Assembly (NCBI GenBank): GCA_039698055.1
Contig: JBDKTL010000016.1
Coordinates: 58,820-122,819 of the forward strand
Length of the DNA stretch: 64,000 nt
Origin: Methanoregula sp.
GTDB lineage: Archaea > Halobacteriota > Methanomicrobia > Methanomicrobiales > Methanospirillaceae
Direction of reading: 5' to 3'
Under the pieces are notes generated by a model. That model saw only the letters and a list, made by a program, of their open reading frames with translations. It had not been told where the DNA came from and did no database searches. Every line of letters starts with the position of its first letter. Position 1 is the first letter of the stretch. A program made the translations under genes and the position numbers. Positions 1 through 10,414 of the stretch are shown one piece after another.

Positions 1-103
1 AATGGGGTATGGATAGGGTAAGAGATATAAATATTGGTTTTTTATTCCGGTGCCCGGTTCAGGGCGCGGCATACAAAAAAAAGTCCCGTTTTAAAAAAAG
101 GGG

Positions 104-976
104 TTAGGAAACGATCTTTGAGATCGGGATCTCAAGGATATCTTCTGCACCACAGCTCTTGAGTTTCGGAATCAGCCCGTTGACCGCATTTTTTGGTACC
201 ACGGTCTGGATGCTGTAGTAATCGATCCCGTGGAGCTGGCTCACGGTCGGTTTTTTCATTGCGGGAAGAGCAGCGACAATCTTTTCCAGGGACGCTCCCG
301 GCACATTCATGGTCAGCAGCACTTTGTGCCGTGCCGCGATCACGCCAAAGAGAAGGGTCGTTATCTCTTCGATCTCTTTTCTCTTCTCCGGGTCTGCCCA
401 GCTCTGTTTATTGGCGATGATGACCGTGTGCGACTCCATGATCTGCCCGATGATCTTGAGACCATTCTTGCGCAGTGTCGTTCCTGTCTCGGTGAGATCG
501 ACAACTACATCCATAAGATCCGGTACCTTTGCTTCCGAAGCACCAAACGAGTGGAATAACTGCACCGGGACACCCAGGGACTCAAAATATTTTTTTGTGA
601 GCTCGGGGTATTCCGTGGTCACGCGGCTGTCCGGCCGAATCTGGTGTGCGTTCTCTATGGGCTCGTCGCGGTGAACCGCAATGACGATTTTCACATTTCC
701 TTCACCGGTTTTACTGTAGGACAGGTCGGCGACTTCCACGACATCAGAACCTGTCTCCCTGACCCAGTCAAGACCGGAGATCCCGAGATCGAAATAACCT
801 TTATCCACATAGGTAGGGATCTCCTGCGGGCGCAGGATCTTGATTTTGCCGATACGGGGGTCATCGATGCGGGGATTGTAATCGCGATCCGTGCGCTTGA
901 CCTCAAGATCAGCCTCTTTGAAGAGCTGGAGCGTCTGTGCTTCGAGGCTGCCTTTCGGGAGTGCGAGGGTAAACAT
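104..976 (-). CDS. hisG: ATP phosphoribosyltransferase (long form)
   Basis: LALPKGSL N-terminus, RPQEIP, DLGISGLD, GASEAKVP..DVVVDLTETGTTLRKNGL and C-terminal ACT-like domain. Confidence 0.96.
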   Translation of the reverse strand: MFTLALPKGSLEAQTLQLFKEADLEVKRTDRDYNPRIDDPRIGKIKILRPQEIPTYVDKGYFDLGISGLDWVRETGSDVVEVADLSYSKTGEGNVKIVIAVHRDEPIENAHQIRPDSRVTTEYPELTKKYFESLGVPVQLFHSFGASEAKVPDLMDVVVDLTETGTTLRKNGLKIIGQIMESHTVIIANKQSWADPEKRKEIEEITTLLFGVIAARHKVLLTMNVPGASLEKIVAALPAMKKPTVSQLHGIDYYSIQTVVPKNAVNGLIPKLKSCGAEDILEIPISKIVS

Positions 977-1031
977 ACCGTAGACAATTGGCGGGAAAAA
1001 AGATAAAGATAAATGGTGCGGCCCTTGCCGG

Positions 1032-2297
1032 TCAATCGAACGTATGAATGACCAGCCCGCTCAGCAGCTTGGGTTCAAACCAGGTTGATTTCGGGGGCAT
1101 CACGTTGTTGGCATCGGCAACATCAAGGACGGTTTCAACCCGGACCGGCTGCATGGCAAACGCGACCGTGAATTTTCCTTCATCGATAAGTCTTTCGAGA
1201 TCGGCCACCGGCCGTGCGCCTCCAAGGTACTGGAGTCGGGCATCGCCCCGGGGATCCGTGATATTGAGCATACCTTCGAGCACGAACTTCTGGAGCACTG
1301 CGACATCAAGGGTCTCGAGTGGTGCCGCTCTGGTATCGATCGGGCGGGTGCACTCGTACCAGGTTCCGCCAAGATACATGTGGATGATATGGTATTTTTC
1401 CGGGCTGGCAACCTTTGGCGCAATATTATACCCGGTGTTGTCCACGGTACCGCAGGCCCTCACCTCGAAAAATTTCCCAATGTGCGTCATAAATGATTCG
1501 GGGGTAAACGAACCAATATCCGTGAGCAGACGGCTATATCCGTGAATCCTGACCCGGTCATGGGCAAACAATACACCCATAAACCGGCTGACATCTCCCT
1601 CAACGGGCAATCCGGCCGCTCTTCTCCGGTCAGCCACGTTTACTGCTGCTTTTGCCCGGTGGTGGCCATCTGCAATATACAGGCTTGGCACCGATGAGAA
1701 AAGGTCTTCAAGCCGGGTCAGGTCTTGTGGGTCGGTGATACAGAAGATCTGGTGTATTCCCCCTTCCGTGGTGGCCACTTCTGCATCCGGTTTTTTTGTT
1801 GGGGGAACCAGCGATTCAACGAATGAAAAAAGGGAGTCGGCGTCCCGGTACAGCAACACAACAGGGCCGTTATGGGCTTTTACCGCTTCGATATGCCGGG
1901 TCCGGTCCTCTTCCTTATCGTACCGGGTATGCTCGTGGCGCCGGATCCGGTTTGTGCGGTAGTCTTCCACGTCTAGCCCACAACAGAGCCCGACAAATGT
2001 CTCGCCGTTCTGGCGCACCCGGTACACGTAGAACGAAGATGCAGCATCCCTCCGCAGGCGCCCGCATGAGATCAACGCGGCAAAATTATCATGCGCCCGC
2101 TGGTAGACGCGATCATCGTGCGGGGGGATATCGGGGAGTTCTGCGTCAGACCGGCTCACTCGCAAAAAACTATCGGGATTCTGCCGGATGATCTCACGTG
2201 CCTCTTCTGCTGTCACCACGTCATATGGTACTGCCGCGATGGCCGCAGCTTCAAGGGGAGCGGGGCGGACCCCTGCAAAAGGAAATATCTTCACCAT
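1032..2297 (-). CDS. DUF1015 family protein
   Basis: AVPYDVV, RRHEHT, YIADGHHR, MPPKSTWFEPKLLSGL motifs typical of DUF1015. Confidence 0.88.
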   Translation of the reverse strand: MVKIFPFAGVRPAPLEAAAIAAVPYDVVTAEEAREIIRQNPDSFLRVSRSDAELPDIPPHDDRVYQRAHDNFAALISCGRLRRDAASSFYVYRVRQNGETFVGLCCGLDVEDYRTNRIRRHEHTRYDKEEDRTRHIEAVKAHNGPVVLLYRDADSLFSFVESLVPPTKKPDAEVATTEGGIHQIFCITDPQDLTRLEDLFSSVPSLYIADGHHRAKAAVNVADRRRAAGLPVEGDVSRFMGVLFAHDRVRIHGYSRLLTDIGSFTPESFMTHIGKFFEVRACGTVDNTGYNIAPKVASPEKYHIIHMYLGGTWYECTRPIDTRAAPLETLDVAVLQKFVLEGMLNITDPRGDARLQYLGGARPVADLERLIDEGKFTVAFAMQPVRVETVLDVADANNVMPPKSTWFEPKLLSGLVIHTFD

Positions 2298-2486
2298 GAA
2301 AAACTACCAGAACCCTGTATGTTTTTATGAGCGTTCTTTTTCTCATAATTGGGTGCGGACACATATATAATCAAAGACTGGCCGCACACCTGTATCGTTC
2401 CCTTGACGACAAGCGGGCGATCTGCGTAATCCTTATGGCTTTATGGATACAGAAAATGATACTGCATTTCCCCGTGGTGCCTGACT

Positions 2487-2972
2487 ATGATTCGTTCCCA
2501 TGATATCATTCCCCCTGCTCTTCCCTTCATACGGCGGGTCACCCTTGCAGATATCCCTGCCATCGTTGCGATCGAAAATGAGGCGTTTGCTGACCCGTGG
2601 GACCATGCAATTTTCACCGAGGCTTTGAGCTATTACCCGACAACGTACTTTGTTGCTGTCCGCGATGGGAACATTGCCGGGTTTGTTGTCGGTGCCATAG
2701 AAGATACCGGGGAAAATATCTATGGGCATATCTGCAACTTTGCTGTCCACCCACAGTACCGCAAGCAGAAGATCGGATCATCCCTGCTCCACCGCCTCGA
2801 GCAGCAGTTCATGATCGAACGCGCTACCGGCTCTCAGCTGGAAGTGCGTGAATCCAATCTTGCCGCCCAGCGGTTCTATAGGTGCAAGGGCTACCAGAAT
2901 GTCTTCCAGGTAGGGGGCTACTACGCAAATGGCGAAGATGCCCTTGTCATGATGAAGTGGTTCCGGTTTTAA
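2487..2972 (+). CDS. rimI: RimI-like GNAT N-acetyltransferase
   Basis: NFAVHPQYRKQKIG, LEVRESNLAAQRFY, YYANGEDALVM. Confidence 0.88.
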   Translation: MIRSHDIIPPALPFIRRVTLADIPAIVAIENEAFADPWDHAIFTEALSYYPTTYFVAVRDGNIAGFVVGAIEDTGENIYGHICNFAVHPQYRKQKIGSSLLHRLEQQFMIERATGSQLEVRESNLAAQRFYRCKGYQNVFQVGGYYANGEDALVMMKWFRF

Positions 2973-3205
2973 GAACCGGTATCCCCTTTCATGGACCCGG
3001 AAAAGAAAAGATTTAATGAACACTTCCCTGCCACGTGGGTGAGCCTGCAGGCAACAAGAAATATTCCCGCTTTTACCCGTTTCGAATTTTTTTCGGGCAC
3101 AAATTGTACGAAAAGAGCGCCAGTGTCTTAAAAAGTGTTCAACAGGGATTACGTTGCCGGGGCGTCCTGTTACCAAGTGTACGATGCCCCCTATTTAAAA
3201 AGAAA

Positions 3206-4483
3206 TTATCCCCTCCCGAGCTGCTGGTGGGCGCGGGCAAGGTGCTGGGCGGCAAGTGCGCCAAGAAGAGATAATTCACCTGCGAGCACTGCTGAAGCAA
3301 TAATCTCAGCAAGTTTTTTGGCGTTCGTGCCTGCGGGATTTCCTCCACCGGCAACCCCGAGGATTTTCAGGCAATCCTGCTGGGTTCCGATACCTGTGCC
3401 GCCGCCAACGGTTCCAACGGGCAGCGAAGGCAGGGTGATGGAGACGTATACTCCGGTATCCGTGGGATCGACTGTCGTGATACAGGTGGCGCCATCAATT
3501 GCATGGGCCGGGTCCTGCCCGCAGGCGATGAACATCGCCGCAACGACATTTGCTGCATGGGCATTGAACCCCATAGAACCGGCACGGGCGGAACCGATGA
3601 GGTTCTTGCGGGTGTTGACTTCGCAGAGCGTCGCGGCGTCGGTCTTTAAGATTTTTTCAATCAGTTCGTGGGAGAGCGCGACGCCGGCTACCGCGCTGCG
3701 CCCCCTCCCCATAATCCCATTAATGGCAGCGGGTTTCTTGTCGGTGCACATATTGCCTGAGAGTGCAATGAGCCGCGCCCGGGTCTGGTGCGCGATCTCA
3801 TCTGCGACTTTGGCGCTTGCGATAGTGACCATGTTCATGCCCATCGCGTCTTTTGTGTCAAATTCGAGCCTGACAAAAACGCTCGTGCCGGTGATGAAAG
3901 TGACAATGTCGGTGAGTTTTCCATGTGAAGTGGTAGCCTGTGCGATGCCGGTAAGTTCTGCCCGGTGTGCCTGTACCCAGTCCACGATCTCTTTTGCATG
4001 GATGACATTCTCTGCTGCAAAGACCGGGGCCCGGGTCATGCCATCATGGAGGATGCGGACCTGTGCGCCACCGGCTTTGGTGATGGCACTGCACCCCCGG
4101 TTTACGGAAGCAATCAGCGCGCCTTCAGTGGTAGCAAGCGGCAGCCAGAACGAGCCGTTTGCATATTCGCCGGTGATTGCGATGGGCCCGGCAACGCCCA
4201 ACGGTACCTGAATGGTGCCGATCATGTTCTCGCAGTTCCGCACAACAACCCGGTCAATGTCGATAGAGAAAATTCCGATATTTTCAAGCGCGGTCCCGGT
4301 TTCCTGTTCGATAAAACGGCGCCGTACCCGGACGGCGTCCAGAGGTGCGAGTTCCTTGTCGAGCTCGTAGAGTTTTATCGAGCCGTTTTTGAGTTTTTCG
4401 CACATCTGCTCTTCGTGTTCCCTGCCGGCGCCTGATTCTGCACAGCAGTCGCGCCCCTTGCGGTGCTCACCATCATCAGCCAT
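3206..4483 (-). CDS. hmgA: Hydroxymethylglutaryl-CoA reductase (NADPH)
   Basis: CENMIG, PLATTEGAL, DAMGMNM, GTVGGGT, GELSLLGAL motifs; start moved to ATG at 4483 (MADDG), a later start is possible. Confidence 0.95.
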   Translation of the reverse strand: MADDGEHRKGRDCCAESGAGREHEEQMCEKLKNGSIKLYELDKELAPLDAVRVRRRFIEQETGTALENIGIFSIDIDRVVVRNCENMIGTIQVPLGVAGPIAITGEYANGSFWLPLATTEGALIASVNRGCSAITKAGGAQVRILHDGMTRAPVFAAENVIHAKEIVDWVQAHRAELTGIAQATTSHGKLTDIVTFITGTSVFVRLEFDTKDAMGMNMVTIASAKVADEIAHQTRARLIALSGNMCTDKKPAAINGIMGRGRSAVAGVALSHELIEKILKTDAATLCEVNTRKNLIGSARAGSMGFNAHAANVVAAMFIACGQDPAHAIDGATCITTVDPTDTGVYVSITLPSLPVGTVGGGTGIGTQQDCLKILGVAGGGNPAGTNAKKLAEIIASAVLAGELSLLGALAAQHLARAHQQLGRG

Positions 4484-4529
4484 GAATAATGGTAGCACGT
4501 ATAAATTTATGATACCGGTGGTTTCGAAG

Positions 4530-5447
4530 ATGACGGTTGAACAGTGGGGCATACGGGTACCGCTTGGAGAGGGAGAACCTGTACGGCAGGCGCTTATTCG
4601 TGAAGGGGCGCTTGACCCGGCTCTCAAACCCTGTAAGGATGGCGGTGCGCTCCTGTTGCCCGTGCTTGCGTGGCGGGAGGGGGCCATAATGTGCGGGTTC
4701 GAACCCTTGCCTGACCGGCCGGAGCTCCCGCGCCACGAATTGGTGGGGGGCATTGCGATCATGCAGGACTGCGATGTGGCCGGTGCGGCACAGGTGCTTG
4801 CGTCACGCCCGTCGCTTCATACCGTTCTGTATGCGACAAGTGAAGTATCGGGCGAGTACCGGACCCGGGACTACAAGGTTCTCGCCGGCACGCTTACCAC
4901 GCGGACGCAGGTTACTGAGCACGGGCACCGGTTCACAGTCGATCTTGCCGGTGCGTATTTCTCCGCCCGTCTCTCCACCGAGCGCAACCGGATCCTTCAG
5001 CAAATGGGTAAAAACGAACTCGTGCTGGATATGTTTGCTGGTGTGGGGCCGTTTGCCATCTCCCTTGCAGCGCGTGCGGCGCTCGTTGTGGCATCCGATA
5101 TCAACCCGCTGGCGATAGAACTGATGATGGAAAACTGCGTGCAGAACCGGTCAAAAAATGTGCTGCCCGTTCTTGCAGATGTCCGAAATCTTATTGGGAT
5201 CCTGCCGTGGAAATTTGACCGGATTGTGATGAACCTCCCGCTTGCTGGCACGGAATTTCTGCCGGAAGCGTTCCAGCTCTGCCGACACGGTGGGACGATC
5301 CATTTCTATGCTCTTGTTTCACAGGAAGGAGAACATCTTGCCCGAATCCGGGAACTGGGCGCGGAACATATCACCGAGCGCATGGTGCGGTCATACTCGC
5401 CCGGGCAGTGGCATGCGGTGTACGATATTGAAGTGAAATCTGATTAA
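4530..5447 (+). CDS. Trm5/Met-10-like class I SAM-dependent tRNA methyltransferase
   Basis: YFSARLSTER, VLDMFAGVGPF, DINP, RIVMNLP, RSYSP; start placed at ATG 4530. Confidence 0.82.
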   Translation: MTVEQWGIRVPLGEGEPVRQALIREGALDPALKPCKDGGALLLPVLAWREGAIMCGFEPLPDRPELPRHELVGGIAIMQDCDVAGAAQVLASRPSLHTVLYATSEVSGEYRTRDYKVLAGTLTTRTQVTEHGHRFTVDLAGAYFSARLSTERNRILQQMGKNELVLDMFAGVGPFAISLAARAALVVASDINPLAIELMMENCVQNRSKNVLPVLADVRNLIGILPWKFDRIVMNLPLAGTEFLPEAFQLCRHGGTIHFYALVSQEGEHLARIRELGAEHITERMVRSYSPGQWHAVYDIEVKSD

Positions 5448-5533
5448 TATCCCGGCAACCTGCTATTATCTGTCCAATTAGCGGATGGGAAACCACCTCC
5501 CTGCCAGGACCGGAAACACCCGATGAAAAAAAA

Positions 5534-5926
5534 TTATTCCACCGGCACAAACTTCGTGCCGTAGTGGATGATGCCGCTCTCGCCATCGGTAGCGATCTTG
5601 CGGAACACACTTTTTACCTTCATGCCGATCTTCGCAGATTTCGGGTCACAGATGATTTGGGTGGTCATCTGGGGGCCTTCATCAAGTTTGATGATGGCAA
5701 GGACATATGGCCCGGGAGAGGTGAACTGGTCCGGGGCGGTCTGGATGATCGTATAGGTGACCACGGTTCCCGTGCCGGAGAACTTGTGGTCAACGATTTT
5801 TCCGGTCCTGCGGCAGTCCGGGCAGAATGTCCGCGGGGGGAAGAAGTGCCGGCCGCAGGTCTCGCACTTCGTGCCGACAAGGTTGTAGCGCTGGGGGATC
5901 TTTCTCCAGAATCGTGCGACGGTCAT
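5534..5926 (-). CDS. DUF35 Zn-ribbon/OB-fold scaffold protein of thiolase-HMGS complex
   Basis: CETCG..FPPRTFCPDC, OB-fold tail IHYGTKF; directly downstream of thiolase. Confidence 0.92.
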   Translation of the reverse strand: MTVARFWRKIPQRYNLVGTKCETCGRHFFPPRTFCPDCRRTGKIVDHKFSGTGTVVTYTIIQTAPDQFTSPGPYVLAIIKLDEGPQMTTQIICDPKSAKIGMKVKSVFRKIATDGESGIIHYGTKFVPVE

Positions 5927-5927
5927 G

Positions 5928-7094
5928 TTACACCCTCCCGAGGATGTGGACAGCGACCGTTGCACCGGTACCGCCAACGTTATGGGTCATACCTATCTTC
6001 GCGCCATCGATCTGGCGTTTGCCGGCATCGCCGCGAAGCTGCTGGACGATCTCGTAGACCTGCTTGATGCCGGTCGCTCCGACCGGGTGGCCGCAGGCTT
6101 TGAGGCCGCCGCTTGTATTGACGGGGATTTTTCCGCCAAGTGCGGTCTCGCCATCGGCCGTGAACTTCCCGGCCTCTCCCTTTTTGCAGAACCCGAGATC
6201 TTCGATTGCGCAGATCTCGGCGATCGAGAAACAGTCGTGCACTTCCACCATGTCGATATCCTTGTGTGACAGTTTTGCCATCCTGAACGCACGCTGCCCT
6301 GCTTCGATAGTTGCGTCAAGTGTCGAGATGTCCCGCCGGTCATGGAGCGCGATGGTGTCGCTTGCCTGGGCAGTTGCCAGCACTTTGATCGGGGTGTCCG
6401 TGAATTCGCGGGCACGATCGAGCGGTGCGACGATGACGGCTGCCGCCCCGTCCGTGATAGGCGAACAGTCAAAGAGACGGAGGGGCTCTGCCACCATCGT
6501 GGATCTCATGACGGTCTCAAGTGTAATTTCCTGCTGGAACTGGGCGATGGGGTTTCTCGCGCCGTTGTAATGGTTCTTCACCGCAACCTGTGCCAGCTGC
6601 TCGCGGGTCATGGAGTACTTGTGCATGTAGTCGTTTGCGATCATCGCGTACAGGCCGGGGAATGTCGCACCGACAAATCCTTCCCACTCACGATCCGCTG
6701 CGCCGGTAAGGGCATCCGTGCTCGCACCGGGTTCGACATCGGTCATCTTCTCGACGCCGGCTGCGACTACGATATCTTCCATGCCGCTTGCGACCGCGAT
6801 GACAGCCTGCCGGAATGCAAGACCGCCGGAAGCACAGGCCGCCTCAACACGCGTGGAGGGGATATGACGTGTTGCCATACCTGCGTAGTCCGCGATGAGA
6901 GCGCCGATGTGCTCCTGTTCGATGAACCGGCCGGCGCTCATGTTGCCGACATACATGGCATCGATATTTTCTCCTGAAAGCTGGGCATCCTCAAGAGCGA
7001 GGGTACCTGCCTCCACAAAGAGATCACGGAACGAACTTTCCCACTTCTCCCCGAATTTGGTACAGCCCACACCAATCACTGCAACGTCTCTCAT
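5928..7094 (-). CDS. Archaeal acetoacetyl-CoA thiolase
   Basis: [39 protein letters not shown]. Confidence 0.95.
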   Translation of the reverse strand: MRDVAVIGVGCTKFGEKWESSFRDLFVEAGTLALEDAQLSGENIDAMYVGNMSAGRFIEQEHIGALIADYAGMATRHIPSTRVEAACASGGLAFRQAVIAVASGMEDIVVAAGVEKMTDVEPGASTDALTGAADREWEGFVGATFPGLYAMIANDYMHKYSMTREQLAQVAVKNHYNGARNPIAQFQQEITLETVMRSTMVAEPLRLFDCSPITDGAAAVIVAPLDRAREFTDTPIKVLATAQASDTIALHDRRDISTLDATIEAGQRAFRMAKLSHKDIDMVEVHDCFSIAEICAIEDLGFCKKGEAGKFTADGETALGGKIPVNTSGGLKACGHPVGATGIKQVYEIVQQLRGDAGKRQIDGAKIGMTHNVGGTGATVAVHILGRV

Positions 7095-8140
7095 ACCTGC
7101 ATCACCAGTTTTCCCTTGTGTTTTGCATACAATGCATAGTCCAGGTAGATTGGATTTTCCAAAAGTTTCTCAACACCCGGAGCCGCGTCGCGGTTGATTT
7201 TGTCTTTAATCGCGTCGGTTACCGTGAGGTCGAACGCGTCGCTGCCGGCACCGGACCCGAACGAACAGACAAAGATCGTGTCGCCCGGTTTTGCGATGTC
7301 CAGTGTTGCCGCAAGACCGATGGGTGATGCACCTGAGTAGGTGTTGCCAAGGCGCGGGACAACAAGGCCCGGTTTGATCTGCTCGGGCTTGAACCCAAGA
7401 TCTTTTGCGACCTTCTGCGGGAATTTCGCGTTTGGCTGGTGGAAGACCGCGTAGGTAAAGTCCTTGGGGCTTTTTCTGGTCTGCTCAAACAGAAGTGTGC
7501 TCGCACCCTTCACGTGTTTGAAGTAACCGGGGTCTCCGGTGAACCGTCCGCCGTGGCGGGGGTAGTCCTGGCCTTCCCGTCGCCAGAAGTCGGGAGTGTC
7601 GGTCGTGAACGAACAGGTATGGTTGATCGTTGCAATCGGGTCATCGTTTCCGATTACGTATGCTGCGCCGCCAGCTGCTGCCGTGTATTCGAGAGCGTCA
7701 CTTGGGGCACCCTGCGAAACATCGGAGCCGATTGCAACCCCGTACTTGATCATGTTGCTTTTTACAAGGCCCATACAGGTCTGGATTGCAGCCGTTCCTG
7801 CCTTGCAGGCAAACTCGTAATCTGCTGCGGTCATATTCGGCGTGGCACCAATTGCCTCGCCCACGGTACATGCGGTTGGTTTAACAGCGTATGGGTGGGA
7901 CTCGCTGCCCACGTACACGGCGCCGATCTCGGCCGGGTCCACGTGCCTGCGGAGCAGGGCATTCCTTGCCGCTTCAACAGCAATTGTTGCCGCGTCCTCG
8001 TCCATGTCCGGCACGGACTTTTCAAATACGCCAAGACCGCCGGTAATGTCGGACGCGTTGGCGCCCCACACCCGGGCAATCTCCTCAACCTTGATCCGGT
8101 ATCTCGGTATATACACACCGTAGGTAATGATGCCTACCAT
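7091..8140 (-). CDS. Hydroxymethylglutaryl-CoA synthase
   Basis: [46 protein letters not shown]; start at ATG 8140 (MVGIITYG). Confidence 0.95.
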   Translation of the reverse strand: MVGIITYGVYIPRYRIKVEEIARVWGANASDITGGLGVFEKSVPDMDEDAATIAVEAARNALLRRHVDPAEIGAVYVGSESHPYAVKPTACTVGEAIGATPNMTAADYEFACKAGTAAIQTCMGLVKSNMIKYGVAIGSDVSQGAPSDALEYTAAAGGAAYVIGNDDPIATINHTCSFTTDTPDFWRREGQDYPRHGGRFTGDPGYFKHVKGASTLLFEQTRKSPKDFTYAVFHQPNAKFPQKVAKDLGFKPEQIKPGLVVPRLGNTYSGASPIGLAATLDIAKPGDTIFVCSFGSGAGSDAFDLTVTDAIKDKINRDAAPGVEKLLENPIYLDYALYAKHKGKLVMQV

Positions 8141-8850
8141 TGTTTTTCCCTCAATGTACTCACAATTTTGTCGATTTCCATACTCGTGCACAGCACCGTA
8201 ATGTGATCGCGGTTCGCCATCTTTTCCACGATCGGGTGGACGTCGGCCGCTTCGATTCCCTGAAGCACAACGCACCGGGGTTTAAACGGGGTGACCCGGA
8301 TCGCCACCATTGGCGACTTGCCGGTCGACACGTTGGTAAAGATCAGGGCACGTTCCGTGCTCCACCCGTAAATGCGGTTGAATTCGTTGCTTGACAACTG
8401 CATGATCGCATTCAGGCTGTTTACGACTGTGTAACCGAAGATGGTCTTGTCCATCGATCCGCAGAGAAGCGTGCATCCAATCGCATCGGTAAGATCTTTG
8501 AGGGCGACAGGATTGTCATACTCGTGGAGATCGTAGATCACATCATCGACAACATTCGAAAAGAGCATGGTTGAAAATTTTTCAATTTGTTTGCCGCCTT
8601 TCTCCTCGTCAATAGCGAGAAGCGCATCGACAATTTTGCCGACAACAGCGGTCCCGGGACTTTTTCTCCGCCCGCTTTCGTAGTCACTGATCACGGACGG
8701 GGAAATGCTGAGGCGATCCGACAGGACGCCGGGCGCAATCTCAAAGTTCTGGCGCCATTTTTTCAGCGCAAGTCCCGGTGAGTCCGACAGGGTAATCTCA
8801 CCCGCCATCTTTTCGGCGAGCTGGTTACGCACTCCGGAATTCATACTCAT
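8134..8850 (-). CDS. Archaeal XRE-family HTH transcriptional regulator
   Basis: [43 protein letters not shown]; overlaps the HMGS start. Confidence 0.85.
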   Translation of the reverse strand: MSMNSGVRNQLAEKMAGEITLSDSPGLALKKWRQNFEIAPGVLSDRLSISPSVISDYESGRRKSPGTAVVGKIVDALLAIDEEKGGKQIEKFSTMLFSNVVDDVIYDLHEYDNPVALKDLTDAIGCTLLCGSMDKTIFGYTVVNSLNAIMQLSSNEFNRIYGWSTERALIFTNVSTGKSPMVAIRVTPFKPRCVVLQGIEAADVHPIVEKMANRDHITVLCTSMEIDKIVSTLREKQW

Positions 8851-8968
8851 GATCAAGAACCCGTGGCGTTATATAATTAACGAACATGTGTTCGACATCA
8901 AACGAATGCCGACGAAGGGGCAGTGCAAAGGCAATCCATAAATAATAAGCATCCCAATTTTGATAAGC

Positions 8969-9637
8969 ATGGTGCTGGCTGAGGAACTGGAATGTCTCAA
9001 GGCAATCGCCCTCATGGGTGGCTGTCGGGGTTCTGTCATGGTTTCTTCCCAGGTGATCGGCGAAGCTCTTACGGCAAGCCCGCAGACTGCGTCACGGCGG
9101 ATCCGGGCGCTCGAAAGCCAGGCGCTGATCACCCGGACGATGAGACCGGATGGCCAGCATATTACCGTCACGAAGGCTGGTGAGGATGCCCTCCGGCGCG
9201 AGTACGCGGATTACTGCCGGCTGTTTGCGCACGATGGCGCTCATTACGTGCTTACCGGGATCGTGATCAACGGTCTTGGCGAAGGGCGGTATTACATGAG
9301 CCTTGAGCCGTACAAAAAACAGTTTCTCCGACTACTCGGGTTTGAGCCTTTTCCCGGCACGCTCAACTTGCGCCTCTCGGGCCAGAGCATCCCGACCCGA
9401 AAAAAGATGGAATCCCTGAACTGGATCGCGATACGCGGGTTTTCTGATCAGGGCCGCACTTTTGGGGATGTCCGCTGCCTGCCCTGCCGGATCAACGATA
9501 TTCCCTGCGGAATTGTCGTGCCCGGGAGGACCCATTACCCGGAGGATATTGTTGAAGTGATCGCAGGAGTGGGCCTGCGCGACGCGCTGGGAATAAAAGA
9601 GAATGATCAGGTGAACGTGGAGGTTGCACATGATTGA
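8969..9637 (+). CDS. ribK: CTP-dependent riboflavin kinase with N-terminal winged HTH
   Basis: SPQTASRR HTH, GLGEGRYY, GFEPFPGTLN, RTHYPED; adjacent to ribB. Confidence 0.92.
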   Translation: MVLAEELECLKAIALMGGCRGSVMVSSQVIGEALTASPQTASRRIRALESQALITRTMRPDGQHITVTKAGEDALRREYADYCRLFAHDGAHYVLTGIVINGLGEGRYYMSLEPYKKQFLRLLGFEPFPGTLNLRLSGQSIPTRKKMESLNWIAIRGFSDQGRTFGDVRCLPCRINDIPCGIVVPGRTHYPEDIVEVIAGVGLRDALGIKENDQVNVEVAHD

Positions 9638-10307
9638 CGAAGCACTAACGGCATTACGGGACGGCAGGTTTGTCCTGCTGTATGATTTTGACGACAGGGA
9701 AGGCGAAACGGATTTTGCAATACGGTCGGATGCCGTGACCCCCCGGCATATCCTGCAGATGCGAAAGGACGGCGGGGGCCTGATCTGTACGGCGGTTCAC
9801 CCGGTTGCGGCGCAGCGTCTGGGTCTCCCGTTTGCCAGCGATGTCCTCCAGGGCACCCATATTGCCGAGCAGACCGGTGAAATTCCTTACGACCGCAAGA
9901 ACCATTCCTCGTTCTCGCTCTGGGTGAACCACCGCAACACCTTCACGGGCATTACTGACCGTGACCGCGCACTCACGATTACGGCAGTTGCAGAGCAGGT
10001 AAAAAAGTCCATGAATGGCGGCGGTGCGAATTTCAACGCCCAGTTCCGGACACCGGGCCATTGTGCACTCCTCCGGGCAGCAGACCATCTGCTTGACCAG
10101 CGCAAAGGCCAGACCGAACTGTCTGTAGCCCTTGCAGACATGGCCGGGATCACCCCATCGATCACGATCTGCGAGATGCTGGATGATGAGTCCGGCTATG
10201 CACTTTCAAAGAAAGACGCACAGGCTTACGCAAAGAAGCACCGGCTGGTCTTTGTGGAAGGCAGTGAAGTGCTCGAGCGGTGGGAAACCGGCAAAGGTTC
10301 TCACTAG
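9630..10307 (+). CDS. ribB: 3,4-dihydroxy-2-butanone-4-phosphate synthase
   Basis: DDREGETD, GGLIC, TFTGITDRDRALT, FRTPGH, ICEMLD. Confidence 0.95.
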   Translation: MIDEALTALRDGRFVLLYDFDDREGETDFAIRSDAVTPRHILQMRKDGGGLICTAVHPVAAQRLGLPFASDVLQGTHIAEQTGEIPYDRKNHSSFSLWVNHRNTFTGITDRDRALTITAVAEQVKKSMNGGGANFNAQFRTPGHCALLRAADHLLDQRKGQTELSVALADMAGITPSITICEMLDDESGYALSKKDAQAYAKKHRLVFVEGSEVLERWETGKGSH

Positions 10308-10414
10308 GCCCCACTATTTTTTATCCGTTTTATCAATTCTTTTTCCTGTTCGCGAACATTCATGGTGTTTTTTTGAGTATCGATAAATAGCATTATCTGC
10401 CAATTTTAAAGGAC

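Noticed and set aside
3135-4211. 358-aa plus-strand ORF
   Set aside because: Antisense shadow of hmgA with no recognisable motifs
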